From: Pseudomonadota bacterium
GTDB lineage: Bacteria; Bdellovibrionota_B; Oligoflexia; Oligoflexales; CAIYRB01
NCBI GenBank assembly: GCA_031416315.1
Contig: JANOTL010000111.1
Coordinates: forward strand, 1-57,701
DNA length: 57,701 nucleotides
Reading direction: 5' to 3'
Part shown: positions 8,797-18,000 of the stretch, one piece after another
Layout: every line of letters begins with the position of its first letter
Numbering within the stretch: position 1 is the first letter of the stretch
Program-made: the position numbers and the translations under genes
The notes under the pieces: model-generated
Databases searched by the model: none
What the model was told of the DNA's origin: nothing
What the model saw: the letters and a program-made list of their open reading frames with translations, nothing else

Positions 8797-9201
8797 ATGA
8801 AGCTTGTCGTTTCACTCACCGCCTTCTTCGGTATGGCCTTGGCAGCAGCATGCAATCAAGGTGGCACGGTCGAGAAGCGGAAGGTGAAGCACGAAGCCCA
8901 CGCGCACGGCGCTAAGGCGGCCGACGCCAAGCCGAAACCCGGGGTTGGCGGTAAGGATTGCGACGGCTCTGGGTCCGGCAGCGGGAGCAAAGACCACGGC
9001 CACGGGCACTCCCTTTCCGAAGGTTCGAGCCACGAAGAAGGCTCCGACCATCACGAGGAAGGCTCGGACCATCACGAAGAAGGCTCCGACCACCATGAAG
9101 ACGGCTCGGATCACCACGATGGCGCCTCCGGATCTGGTTCCGGTTCCGGTTCCGGCTCGGGATCTGCGACCAAGCCTGACTGCAACCCTAAGAAACCCTG
9201 A
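8797..9201 (+). CDS. His/Glu-rich small lipoprotein (putative metal-binding)
   Basis: RBS GAGGA, lipobox ALAAA|C, HEAHAH, HGHGH, (EE/ED)GSDHH x4, GS linkers, two further Cys. Confidence 0.8.
   Translation: MKLVVSLTAFFGMALAAACNQGGTVEKRKVKHEAHAHGAKAADAKPKPGVGGKDCDGSGSGSGSKDHGHGHSLSEGSSHEEGSDHHEEGSDHHEEGSDHHEDGSDHHDGASGSGSGSGSGSGSATKPDCNPKKP
9034..9117 (+). repeat. 4 x 21-bp coding tandem repeat (EEGSDHH)
   Basis: gaagaaggctccgaccatcac / gaggaaggctcggaccatcac / gaagaaggctccgaccaccat / gaagacggctcggatcaccac. Confidence 0.95.
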
Positions 9202-9336
9202 GCCTCTTTCAGGAAGTTCCGGAAAGTTCCGCGAACCTCTCAAGGAAAGCCAAATTCCGTCGATAGCAATCGCGATTCATGCGAGAGAACGGGGCGTCCG
9301 GTGGCTTTCGGGCAAGGAAAACGGTCAAAAGTAAGC

Positions 9337-9717
9337 ATGCGCGCGCGCTTGTCGTTCGCGCTGTTGATCATGTTCGTCTCAACGAGCCTGGGCTTCGGGT
9401 CGGTCGTCTGCCACGACGGTGACCGCAACGCATCGAACGAAGTTGCTTTGCTGCATGCCGCTCTCGACGCCTTCGGTCGTGAAGACGAGCATGGCCACGA
9501 TCACGCGACCGACCACCTCGATGTCCTATCATTCGACGATCTCAGATTGTCGTCTCACATGCCTGCGGTCGAAGGACGGCTGAGCCGCGACATCGACGAC
9601 GTCGCCACGGCGAGTCTCTCTGTGACACCAGTTGCGTCGACATCGCGGCCTAACTGGGGACCGGATGCAACTGACGTCCTGAAGCGAAAAGTAGACACGA
9701 TCGTCCTCACGGTCTGA
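9337..9717 (+). CDS. Small exported His/Cys protein heading RND operon (CzcI-like leader)
   Basis: Hydrophobic N-terminus, VVCH, HGHDHATDHLD, C-terminal 'VDTIVLTV'. Start codon uncertain (9301 or 9337). Confidence 0.55.
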   Translation: MRARLSFALLIMFVSTSLGFGSVVCHDGDRNASNEVALLHAALDAFGREDEHGHDHATDHLDVLSFDDLRLSSHMPAVEGRLSRDIDDVATASLSVTPVASTSRPNWGPDATDVLKRKVDTIVLTV

Positions 9718-9822
9718 TCGCCACTCGACGCGCGCAACGAGCCCCGTCAAGGACGGAGCTAGTTCGCCCGCGTTTGTCACCCGTGTCCAATCGCAACCAA
9801 TCACGGTTCGAAGGAGGATAAG

Positions 9823-10053
9823 ATGTTCGCGCGCATTCTCGGTCTCGTCGCCATCGTCGGCTTGTCTACGACCACCGCCACGGCCCAGGACAAGAAAAAA
9901 AAGGGCTTTCACTGCGAAGTGAAGAAGGACGGAAAGATGGTCGACCTCGACGACGTCAAGGACCGCAAGGCCTGCAAGAAAATGAAGGGCAAGTGGGTCA
10001 AGGACCATGATCACGACCACGGCGACGGCGCGGATCACGACCACGACGAATGA
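9823..10053 (+). CDS. Small secreted two-Cys protein with His-Asp tail
   Basis: RBS AGGAGG, signal peptide, 'HCEVKKDGK...DVKDRKACKKMKGKW', tail DHDHDHGDGADHDHDE. Paralog at 19650. Confidence 0.85.
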   Translation: MFARILGLVAIVGLSTTTATAQDKKKKGFHCEVKKDGKMVDLDDVKDRKACKKMKGKWVKDHDHDHGDGADHDHDE

Positions 10054-10083
10054 GCAGTGGATCCAGACGCTGAGGAGCATGTG

Positions 10084-11127
10084 ATGGGAGCAGGTACGAA
10101 ACTTTCTTGGCTTGGCCTGATGCTGGGGCTTTGCGGTCTATTGACCGTAGAGCGGACGGCGATCGGCAAGACCAGGAAGGCCCATTCCCACTCACACGGT
10201 CATGCTCACGGCGGCGAAGAAGAAGGCACCAAGAAGAAGAAGAAGGCCTCCGGAGACCACGGCCACGCCCATGGCTCGCCCTTCATCTTCGGCGCCGGCC
10301 TCGCGGTATCGAAAGGCTTCGGCGGGAAAGCCGCTGCGGCCGGCGGCGGCGACTCGCATGGTCATGCACACGGCTTACGCCTGGCCGAGGAGGACGAGCA
10401 CGAAGAAGAAGCCGAGGAGGCCGGTGCCGAGGTGGAGCTTTCACTCAGCGCGGGCTATCGCGTGACGCCGCGCATTGAAACCGGGCTCGAGCTCGGGTTC
10501 TCGCCGGAGGCGGGCATCCTCGACCCAACCTTGCGCGGCTCGCACACTCATCCCCTTGCCAAGAATCTCCGTCTAGGTAGCTCTCTCAGTCTGACGATCC
10601 CGGTGTCGAAAGCCAGTCGTGACGATTACAAGCTGACGACTGTGAGCCTCAGCTCCGGCCCATCCTTGAAGCGCGGCAAGTTCACGTTCGGCGGCAAGCT
10701 CGGCTTAGCCATGAGCTGGTTCTCGAAGACCGTAATCGTCGAAGAGGAAGAAGAGGCAGCTGCGACCTTACGCGGCATCAACCTGAGCCGCGGGCTGGGC
10801 TTGCAAGAAGAGGAGCACGGCGAGGAAGAGCATACGATCGAGAGCGGCGGGACGGGCGATCGGGAGTTCAACCGTTACTCGCTGACGGGAACAACCAACT
10901 ACCGCCTTCTCAAGGCGCTTGGCCTCAATGCCAGCCTTGGACTCGCGTACGTCAAACATCAGTTCGGACCCTCGACTCTCGAGACGAACGTGACTCTGAT
11001 CCAAGCGACCTACACGTGGAAGTCGATCTCAGCAGCGCTGGCGCTCACCCTCAGCGGAGCCGGCGAATCGTTTACGGCTCCCACGGTCCCTGGCGTCTCT
11101 GCCAGCGTCAATTATCTCTACGAGTGA
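10084..11127 (+). CDS. His/Glu-rich putative outer-membrane beta-barrel protein
   Basis: RBS GAGGAG, signal peptide, HSHSHGHAHG segments, alternating amphipathic strands (LSLSAGYRV, LETGLELGF, VSASVNYLYE). Start at 10081 or 10084. Confidence 0.7.
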   Translation: MGAGTKLSWLGLMLGLCGLLTVERTAIGKTRKAHSHSHGHAHGGEEEGTKKKKKASGDHGHAHGSPFIFGAGLAVSKGFGGKAAAAGGGDSHGHAHGLRLAEEDEHEEEAEEAGAEVELSLSAGYRVTPRIETGLELGFSPEAGILDPTLRGSHTHPLAKNLRLGSSLSLTIPVSKASRDDYKLTTVSLSSGPSLKRGKFTFGGKLGLAMSWFSKTVIVEEEEEAAATLRGINLSRGLGLQEEEHGEEEHTIESGGTGDREFNRYSLTGTTNYRLLKALGLNASLGLAYVKHQFGPSTLETNVTLIQATYTWKSISAALALTLSGAGESFTAPTVPGVSASVNYLYE

Positions 11128-11139
11128 AGGCAGAACGCC

Positions 11140-14100
11140 ATGCTTGATAAAGTCATTGCCTTCGCTCTAAAGAATCGCCTCCTGATTCTCGCGCTAACCG
11201 CGCTCGCCGTCGTCATCGGCGGTAAGATCGTCCGTGAGCTGCCGATCGACGTCTTTCCCGACCTGAACCGTCCCACCGTGACCGTGATGGCCGAAGCCGG
11301 CGGACTCGCGCCGGAGGAAGTCGAGACCCTGATCTCCAATCCCGTGGAGAACGCGATGAACGGGCTTCCGGGCGTCGTTCGGGTCCGTTCCGCCAGCGCC
11401 ATCGGCCTGTCGATGGTCTGGGTCGAGTTCGACTGGGGCACCGACCTCCTCGTCAACCGTCAGCTCGTGAGCGAGAAGCTTGCAACCCTCGACGAGCTCC
11501 TCCCTGAGGACATCGTCCCGGTCATGGGCCCCATCTCGAGTCTCCTCGGCGAGATCATGCTCGTCGGCCTTTCCAGCGAGACCTTGGCTCCGATGGAGGT
11601 GCGCTCGATTGCCGACTGGACGATCAAGCCGCGTCTGCAGGCACTCCCCGGCGTCGCCCAGGTCGTCCCGATCGGCGGCGGGGTCATGCAGGTCCAGATC
11701 CAGGTTCGTCCCGAGAAGCTCCGCGAGCTCAATTTGAGCTACGAAGACGTCGAAAAAGCAGCACACGCAGTCGGTGGCAACACCACCGGCGGCTTCGTCG
11801 AGGGCGGCCATCAAGAGCTATTGATCCGAAACGTCGGACGTGTGCAATCCCTAGAAGAAGTCGCCGCGACGCCGGTCGCGCTGCGCAACGGCACGGCCGT
11901 GCGCCTGAGCGACGTCGCCATCGTCAAGCTCGCACCGCAGACCAAACGCGGCGATGCCAGCATCAGCGCACATCCCGGCGTCATCTTGGCAGTTCAGAAG
12001 CAGCCCGGCGCCAACACAGTCAAGCTCACCCGCATCGTCGAAGCCGAGCTCGAGAAGGCGGCGAAAAATCTTCCGGCGGGCGTGAAGATTCACCAGCTCT
12101 TCAAGCAAGCGACCTTCATCGAGACCGCGATCGGCAACGTCGAGGAAGCTCTGCGGGACGGCTCGATCTGCGTTGCCGTCGTCCTCTTCCTCTTCCTGAT
12201 GAACTTCCGCACGACCGCCATCACTCTGACGGCCATCCCTCTTTCGCTTCTCATCACGTTCCTAGTCCTCGACGCTTTCGGTATCTCGATCAACACGATG
12301 ACCCTCGGCGGCCTCGCCGTCGCCATCGGTGAGCTGGTCGACGACGCGATCGTGGACGTCGAAAACGTATTCCGAAGGCTGCGCGAGAATCGAAACCTTC
12401 CAGAGCCCAGAGCCGCGCTTCGCGTGATCTACGAAGCCTCTTCCGAAGTGCGAAACTCGATCGTGATTGCGACGATCATCGTTTGCCTCGTCTTCCTGCC
12501 GCTCTTCTCGATGGAAGGCCTCGAAGGCCGCCTCTTCATCCCGCTCGGGATCGCCTACGTCGTCTCGATCCTCGCGTCTCTCGTCGTTTCCCTCACCGTG
12601 ACGCCCGTCCTCTGCTCCTTCCTACTGCCCAAGTCGAAGGCCGCTTCGCATGACCACGACGGCGCCCTAGTCGGCTGGCTGAAGCGCGCCGACCGTTCCC
12701 TGCTAGAGCGCCTCCTCGACCGCCCGAAGCTCATCATCATCGTCTGCAGCTCGATGGTCCTGATCGCCTCGATCTCCATCGCCGCCATGGGCCGCGAATT
12801 CCTCCCACCTTTCAACGAAGGCACCGTTACCGCTTTCGTCGTAAGCCCGCCCGGCACGAGCCTCGCGGAGTCGAATCGCCTCGGGGCCTTGGCCGAAAAG
12901 CAGCTGTTGACCATTCCCGGCATCGAATCGACTGGGCGCCGCACCGGTCGCGCCGAGCAAGATGAGCATGCCGAGGGCGTTCACAACTCCGAGATCGACG
13001 TCGACCTCGCTCACGCAGCGGGCAATCGCGAAGCAATCCTCGGTAGCATGCGCGACAAGCTGAAAGAGATTCCGGGCGTAGCCATCAGCCTCGGCCAGCC
13101 GATCTCGCACCGCCTCGACCACATGCTAAGCGGTGTCAAAGCCCAAATCGCGATCAAGATCTTCGGCGACGACCTGGCAGAGCTAAGGGCGCTCGCTGCC
13201 AACGTTCGTGGCTCTATCGACGGCATTCCGGGCTTGGTCGATCTCGAGATCGAAAAGGTCACCCTCATTCCTCAGCTGCAGATCATTCCCGACCCGATTC
13301 GCGCCGCGCGTTACGGCCTATCGGCTGGTGCGATCACGGCGTGGCTCGAGGAGGCCTTGGCCGGCAAAAACGTCGGTGAGATGGTACAGGGCCAACGTCG
13401 CATCGCCATCAACGTCCGCCTGGCCGACGGCTCCAAAGATGACATCAAATCCCTCGAAAACCTGTTCATCGACACTCCGGATGGCGGCAAAGTACCGCTG
13501 CACGCGATCGCGACGGTCCAGCAAACGACCGGTCCCAACGCGGTGAACCATGAGAACGGCCGTCGCCGCATCGTCGTCATGGCGAACACGGCAGGACGCG
13601 ACCTTGGGTCGGTCGTCGAAGACATTCAGGCAAAGCTCGCGGGTCTGAAGCTTCCGGAAGGCTACTCGTACGCCCTCGGCGGTCAGTTCGAGAGCCAACA
13701 GAGCGCCACGCGGTCGATCATCGCCTTGTCCCTCTTCTCGCTTGCCGGCGTTTTCATGGTTCTCTTCCTTCACTTCGGCTCCGGCGCGCTAGCAGCACAG
13801 GTCATGCTCAACATCCCGCTCGCCTTGATCGGGAGCGTCGTCGCCGTTTTTCTCACGGGCGGTGTTTTTTCGATCGGCACCCTGGTCGGCTTCGTCACCC
13901 TATGCGGCATCGCCTCGCGCAACGGTATCATGATGATCTCGCACTACCTGCACTTGATGGAGCGCGAGGGCCACGCCTTCGACCGCAACATGATCATCAA
14001 GGGCAGCCTCGAACGCCTCGTCCCAGTCATGATGACGGCGCTCACGGCGGCGCTAGCCCTCGTTCCAATCGCCATGGGCGGCGGCGATCCAGGCAAAGAG

Positions 14101-14295
14101 ATCCTTCACCCCGTCGCCGTCGTCATCCTTGGAGGTTTGATCAGCAGCACGCTGTTGGACATCCTGGTGACCCCGGTGATCTTCTACAACTTCGGCCGCA
14201 AAGCTGCTGCTAAAGCGTTGAGCAAGCACAAGAAGGGCGAAGACGAGCTCGACGTCATGACGGACGACGACCGACGCGGGGGCAAAGCCGCATGA
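11140..14295 (+). CDS. CusA/CzcA-family heavy-metal efflux RND permease
   Basis: 1051 aa; 'LPIDVFPDLNRPTV', TM4 'AIGELVDDAIVDVEN', 'ERLVPVMMTAL', 'GKEILHPVA'. Confidence 0.95.
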   Translation: MLDKVIAFALKNRLLILALTALAVVIGGKIVRELPIDVFPDLNRPTVTVMAEAGGLAPEEVETLISNPVENAMNGLPGVVRVRSASAIGLSMVWVEFDWGTDLLVNRQLVSEKLATLDELLPEDIVPVMGPISSLLGEIMLVGLSSETLAPMEVRSIADWTIKPRLQALPGVAQVVPIGGGVMQVQIQVRPEKLRELNLSYEDVEKAAHAVGGNTTGGFVEGGHQELLIRNVGRVQSLEEVAATPVALRNGTAVRLSDVAIVKLAPQTKRGDASISAHPGVILAVQKQPGANTVKLTRIVEAELEKAAKNLPAGVKIHQLFKQATFIETAIGNVEEALRDGSICVAVVLFLFLMNFRTTAITLTAIPLSLLITFLVLDAFGISINTMTLGGLAVAIGELVDDAIVDVENVFRRLRENRNLPEPRAALRVIYEASSEVRNSIVIATIIVCLVFLPLFSMEGLEGRLFIPLGIAYVVSILASLVVSLTVTPVLCSFLLPKSKAASHDHDGALVGWLKRADRSLLERLLDRPKLIIIVCSSMVLIASISIAAMGREFLPPFNEGTVTAFVVSPPGTSLAESNRLGALAEKQLLTIPGIESTGRRTGRAEQDEHAEGVHNSEIDVDLAHAAGNREAILGSMRDKLKEIPGVAISLGQPISHRLDHMLSGVKAQIAIKIFGDDLAELRALAANVRGSIDGIPGLVDLEIEKVTLIPQLQIIPDPIRAARYGLSAGAITAWLEEALAGKNVGEMVQGQRRIAINVRLADGSKDDIKSLENLFIDTPDGGKVPLHAIATVQQTTGPNAVNHENGRRRIVVMANTAGRDLGSVVEDIQAKLAGLKLPEGYSYALGGQFESQQSATRSIIALSLFSLAGVFMVLFLHFGSGALAAQVMLNIPLALIGSVVAVFLTGGVFSIGTLVGFVTLCGIASRNGIMMISHYLHLMEREGHAFDRNMIIKGSLERLVPVMMTALTAALALVPIAMGGGDPGKEILHPVAVVILGGLISSTLLDILVTPVIFYNFGRKAAAKALSKHKKGEDELDVMTDDDRRGGKAA

Positions 14296-15470
14296 GGTCA
14301 TCTTTCCTCGCATCACTGATCGCAGTGACTCTTGCCATGCCCGCTTATGCGGGAGAGGCTTCGCTTTCTTTCCCCGATGTGCTGGCAGCGGCCCGAAAGG
14401 TCTTCCAAAGCGAAGGCCGTGCGGCGCTCGCGGCAAGCTGGGCCGATGCGGCACAAGCTGCACGCGAACCTGCGGGACTTTGGCGCGTGGAGATCGAAGG
14501 CTCGGCCGAAACTGAAGACACGAAGACGCGCGTAGGCGGCCTCGCGATCGGCAAGACCTTCGTCTTTGGCGATGACGACGAAGCGCGGAAGGCCGAAGCG
14601 CAGCTCGAAAGCAAAGCCGAACTTGAAGACGACCGGGCCACGCTTCTCGAGTTCGAGCGCGAGCTCGGCGCCGTCTATGCGGCGATCGGGCGGGATCTCG
14701 AAGTGCGCTCACGGGTCGACGAGAGACTCTCGACTCTAGCGCCCGTCTTGAAGCAAGCAGAGCAATCGACGGCCCGTGGGACTGGCGACACCCTCGGCCT
14801 CCACAAGGCAAGGCTCCTTCTTTTGAAAATGACCGCAGAGCGCGATGCGGCGGCGATCGGCGCCACCGCGAGGAGCCGGCTGCTCAAAGAGCGCCTTCAA
14901 CTCGCCTCCGAGTCCTTTTCGGTTCAACCGGTCACCGCTTCAGCACCCGCCAAGGCCTCGACCTCCCCTGAGTCGAGCGCTCTTCGAGCTCGCAGCGAAG
15001 CGCTCAAGAGCCGCGAAACGGCGCGCCAAGGCCTCTGGGAAATGGATGGCTCGGTCGGGGTCCAAAGGGACTTCACGGGCAAATCGAACGCGGTCGTCGC
15101 CAAGTTGGAGATCCCCTTGGGTCAAGGCGCCGTGACGCAGCGCGAAGCTCGTGAGATCCAAGCCGAGCGCGCACGCCTCCTTGCACGAGCGGACGCCGCT
15201 GAATTGATCTCGACCACCAAGCGTGATCGGATCACGCGCGAGCTCGAGCTCACTCGGGCCACGCGCGAAAGCCTCGTTGCCCAACGTGACGCACTCGACC
15301 GCCTACTGGTCGTGAGCCGCAAGGGCATGGCCCAGGGCCTCACCGGACCCGCAGAAGTCATCGAGACCCTCGCCGAGCTCTTCGCCGTCGACGTCGCCAT
15401 TGCCGACGCCGACCACGACACCCAATTGGCATCAATCGAGCTTCTGCTCGTGAACGGAGACCAGCCATGA
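14292..15470 (+). CDS. TolC/CzcC-family outer membrane factor (divergent)
   Basis: Signal peptide, two helical OEP-like repeats with strand segments. ATGA-coupled between RND permease and adaptor. Confidence 0.7.
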   Translation: MRSSFLASLIAVTLAMPAYAGEASLSFPDVLAAARKVFQSEGRAALAASWADAAQAAREPAGLWRVEIEGSAETEDTKTRVGGLAIGKTFVFGDDDEARKAEAQLESKAELEDDRATLLEFERELGAVYAAIGRDLEVRSRVDERLSTLAPVLKQAEQSTARGTGDTLGLHKARLLLLKMTAERDAAAIGATARSRLLKERLQLASESFSVQPVTASAPAKASTSPESSALRARSEALKSRETARQGLWEMDGSVGVQRDFTGKSNAVVAKLEIPLGQGAVTQREAREIQAERARLLARADAAELISTTKRDRITRELELTRATRESLVAQRDALDRLLVVSRKGMAQGLTGPAEVIETLAELFAVDVAIADADHDTQLASIELLLVNGDQP

Positions 15471-16978
15471 GAAACACCCTGATCCTTGCGGCATTCGTGG
15501 CGGGAGCCAATTTGGCGCTCGCATCGGATATCCACCGCTACTCGGGTGAAGGTGAAGGCTTCGACTTCGTCATCGAGACTAGTGGCGGCACGGCGTCCGT
15601 CTATCTCGCGAAGAAGCCGACGAACGAGCCTTGGACGGGAGCCGTGCCTCGCCTCGTTCCGGACGATGAGAAGGTCCAGGCGCTGACTTTCGAGAAGACC
15701 GCGGCTGCCGGCGTCTTCACTGCGAAAATCCCGGGAGACCTTCCCGAAGGGCAGCTCGAGGTAAGCGTGGACGGCAAGCTGGAGGCGATCGACGCCATCG
15801 CAATCTCTGGCGGAAGCGCGGAGCATGACGACCATGCGGGGCATGAGCACGGCCACGGCGCGCAGCCACGCAAGTCGCCCCTCGAAATGCTCAAGAACGG
15901 GCCCACGAGCGGCGTCGCCATGGCGGGCTTGTTTTTTCTGGGTCTTGTCTTTGGTCGCATCGGCCGGCGCGGCAAGAGGAACAAGGCGCTCGAAGCGACG
16001 ACCCGTGAGGCCCAAGCCGTGGCCAATTCGAACGAGCTCAAACGCAAGGACGACCAAGTGAAGAAGACCGTCGCAATTTTGGCACTTACTCTCGTTCCGG
16101 TGTTCGGGTCACCGTCGGATGCACGCGCCAACGAAGGGCATAGCCACGGAGACGTCGCGATAAAGGGTGGCGCCGGCGCGACGGGCGAAGTTCAAGTGAC
16201 CAAGAAGTCGCAATTTCTCGTCGGTGTTCGGACCGTGTCTGCGACGAAGGCTCCGGTCCGGGAAACGCTCGTGACCTTTGGGCACGTCGCGCCCAAACCA
16301 GATTTGGACCAGTCCCTCCGTGCCCCGACCGCAGGATTCGTACGCCTGAATACGAAGGGTCTCCTCGGTACAACCGTCCGCAAAGGGCAAACCCTGGCGC
16401 GCGTGGAAGGCCTCAACACGGTCGACGTCCGCGCGCCGATCGACGGAGTCGTCATGGAAGTCGAGGCGCGCGAAGGCGCTCGGGTCGAGGCGGGCGAGAA
16501 ACTCTTTCGCATCATCGACGCGCGCACAGTCTGGGTCGACGCCGAGGTGTTTCAACGCGACCTAGCGGCCGTGGGCAAGGCGACCGAGGCAAAGGTCCGC
16601 ATCGACGGCACGACCGTCGTCGCGTCCGGTAAAGTGCTGGCCGTGAAGACGATCGTCGACGAAGGCTCCTTGACGGCGAAGGTCTTCATCGAGCTCGACA
16701 ACTCAGCCGGTGAAATCCCGCTCGGCGCGTTGAGCAACGTGACGTTCGACATGGGGTCCGACGGAGCCCCTGCGATCGAGCTGCCGCGTGACGCCGTCAT
16801 GAACCGCGGCGGTGAGCGCGTGGTCTTCGTGCAGACGGGTCCCGAGAGCTTTCTGGCCAAGCCAGTCGTCACCCGCTTCGGCACGAGCCCGGCCTCGGTC
16901 GTCGTAACGGGCGGCGTCAATGAAGGCGAGCGCGTCGTCGTTTCCGGTGCATACCAGCTTCTCGTAGGCGCCAACTAA
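15467..16978 (+). CDS. RND periplasmic adaptor (CzcB/CusB-like) with extra N-terminal domain
   Basis: Lipoyl halves 'VRKGQTLARVEG..VRAPIDGVV', 'VWVDAEVFQRD', 'GVNEGERVVVSGAYQL'. Possible internal start at GTG 16058. Confidence 0.9.
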   Translation: MRNTLILAAFVAGANLALASDIHRYSGEGEGFDFVIETSGGTASVYLAKKPTNEPWTGAVPRLVPDDEKVQALTFEKTAAAGVFTAKIPGDLPEGQLEVSVDGKLEAIDAIAISGGSAEHDDHAGHEHGHGAQPRKSPLEMLKNGPTSGVAMAGLFFLGLVFGRIGRRGKRNKALEATTREAQAVANSNELKRKDDQVKKTVAILALTLVPVFGSPSDARANEGHSHGDVAIKGGAGATGEVQVTKKSQFLVGVRTVSATKAPVRETLVTFGHVAPKPDLDQSLRAPTAGFVRLNTKGLLGTTVRKGQTLARVEGLNTVDVRAPIDGVVMEVEAREGARVEAGEKLFRIIDARTVWVDAEVFQRDLAAVGKATEAKVRIDGTTVVASGKVLAVKTIVDEGSLTAKVFIELDNSAGEIPLGALSNVTFDMGSDGAPAIELPRDAVMNRGGERVVFVQTGPESFLAKPVVTRFGTSPASVVVTGGVNEGERVVVSGAYQLLVGAN

Positions 16979-16985
16979 AGCGCCT

Positions 16986-17987
16986 TCAGTTCCTGATGTA
17001 GACCTGCATCGCAAAGCCATCAGGCTCGATAATTTCGCCCTGATGGTAGTCGCAGATCGCACCCGCCGGATCCAGTCCCTGGCTTTCCCTTAGAACGCGT
17101 ATGAGTCGCTCCCGGTCGGCGCGGCATGATTGCATGCTGGCGTAGCGGCCTTCGATCATGCGTCGTTCAAATGGACCGCGAACATGCACGAGGGAGTAGA
17201 GCTCAGTCACCTCGCTGAAGTCCTTCCGCACGCAGAACGAGTCGATGAGCGTTCCGCCTGCTGCTTCGAGGACATCGGAGAGCTCAGAGACGCCAGCGAG
17301 GCACGCCGACGGATTCACGTACGACGTGTAACGCACGATGTTGAGCGGCGGGCGGCGCGGAGCGTAGAAGCGCAGCGTGATTCGAGCGCTGTAGCCGTCC
17401 GAATCTGCGATCAGCCGCGTCTCCCGTAGCCCGAAGGTCTCGACGCTGCGAGCGACGCTGTCCGCGATGTCGTCCAGCGACTGGATCGGTACGCCATAGA
17501 TGGACTGCTCGATCGTGAAAGCTTGCATGGGGGAAATGCCAAGCCCGTCGACACGAGAAACCCAGCGATTCGGCGTTTCCGACAGACTGCTTTCCGAGTA
17601 GCAGTAAGCGACAACGGGCGTTAGGCCCGTCAATCGCTGAAACGTCGCGCTTTCATTCGCAAGGTCAGCCGCGCATTGCGCGTACGTTTGGTACATTCCT
17701 TGGCGATGCGCCCACTCGTCCCAAGTCGAAACGACTGGTAGTCGCGTTTCACCCGCATAATGAATCAGTACATCCTGCTGCCATGGGACGTAGGCGTCAC
17801 ACGTTGAGCTGATGACCGCGCGCCCCGTTGCCCGTGTGAACTGCGCGGCGACGCGAACCGCAATTGGCTCGCAGTCCTCGATCTTGTCGGCTACACGATT
17901 GACCCGATACTCGAAGCCTAGGTCGGCCGCTGCCGTTCCCGACACCGCCGCTAGTGCGACCGCAAAGACACAATTCTTGATCGACAT
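16986..17987 (-). CDS. Secreted hypothetical protein with four C-x22/23-C modules
   Basis: RBS GGAG, signal MSIKNCVFAVALAAVSGTAAA, repeated C-helix-G-strand-C units. Confidence 0.75.
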   Translation of the reverse strand: MSIKNCVFAVALAAVSGTAAADLGFEYRVNRVADKIEDCEPIAVRVAAQFTRATGRAVISSTCDAYVPWQQDVLIHYAGETRLPVVSTWDEWAHRQGMYQTYAQCAADLANESATFQRLTGLTPVVAYCYSESSLSETPNRWVSRVDGLGISPMQAFTIEQSIYGVPIQSLDDIADSVARSVETFGLRETRLIADSDGYSARITLRFYAPRRPPLNIVRYTSYVNPSACLAGVSELSDVLEAAGGTLIDSFCVRKDFSEVTELYSLVHVRGPFERRMIEGRYASMQSCRADRERLIRVLRESQGLDPAGAICDYHQGEIIEPDGFAMQVYIRN

Positions 17988-18000
17988 GAGTGACTCCGCC

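Noticed and set aside
9034..9165. CRISPR array
   Set aside because: Contiguous 21-bp and 6-bp coding repeats with no spacers; no cas genes in the window.
8646..9336. NiCo or other riboswitch, or regulator direct repeats (e.g. AAGTTCCG x2 near 9214-9231)
   Set aside because: No convincing consensus match by eye; an Rfam/Infernal scan would be needed.
11140..14295. Naming the first RND permease cusA
   Set aside because: Its TM4 motif GELVDDAIVDVEN differs from both CusA (GAMVDAAIV) and CzcA ([10 protein letters not shown]), so the substrate was left unassigned.
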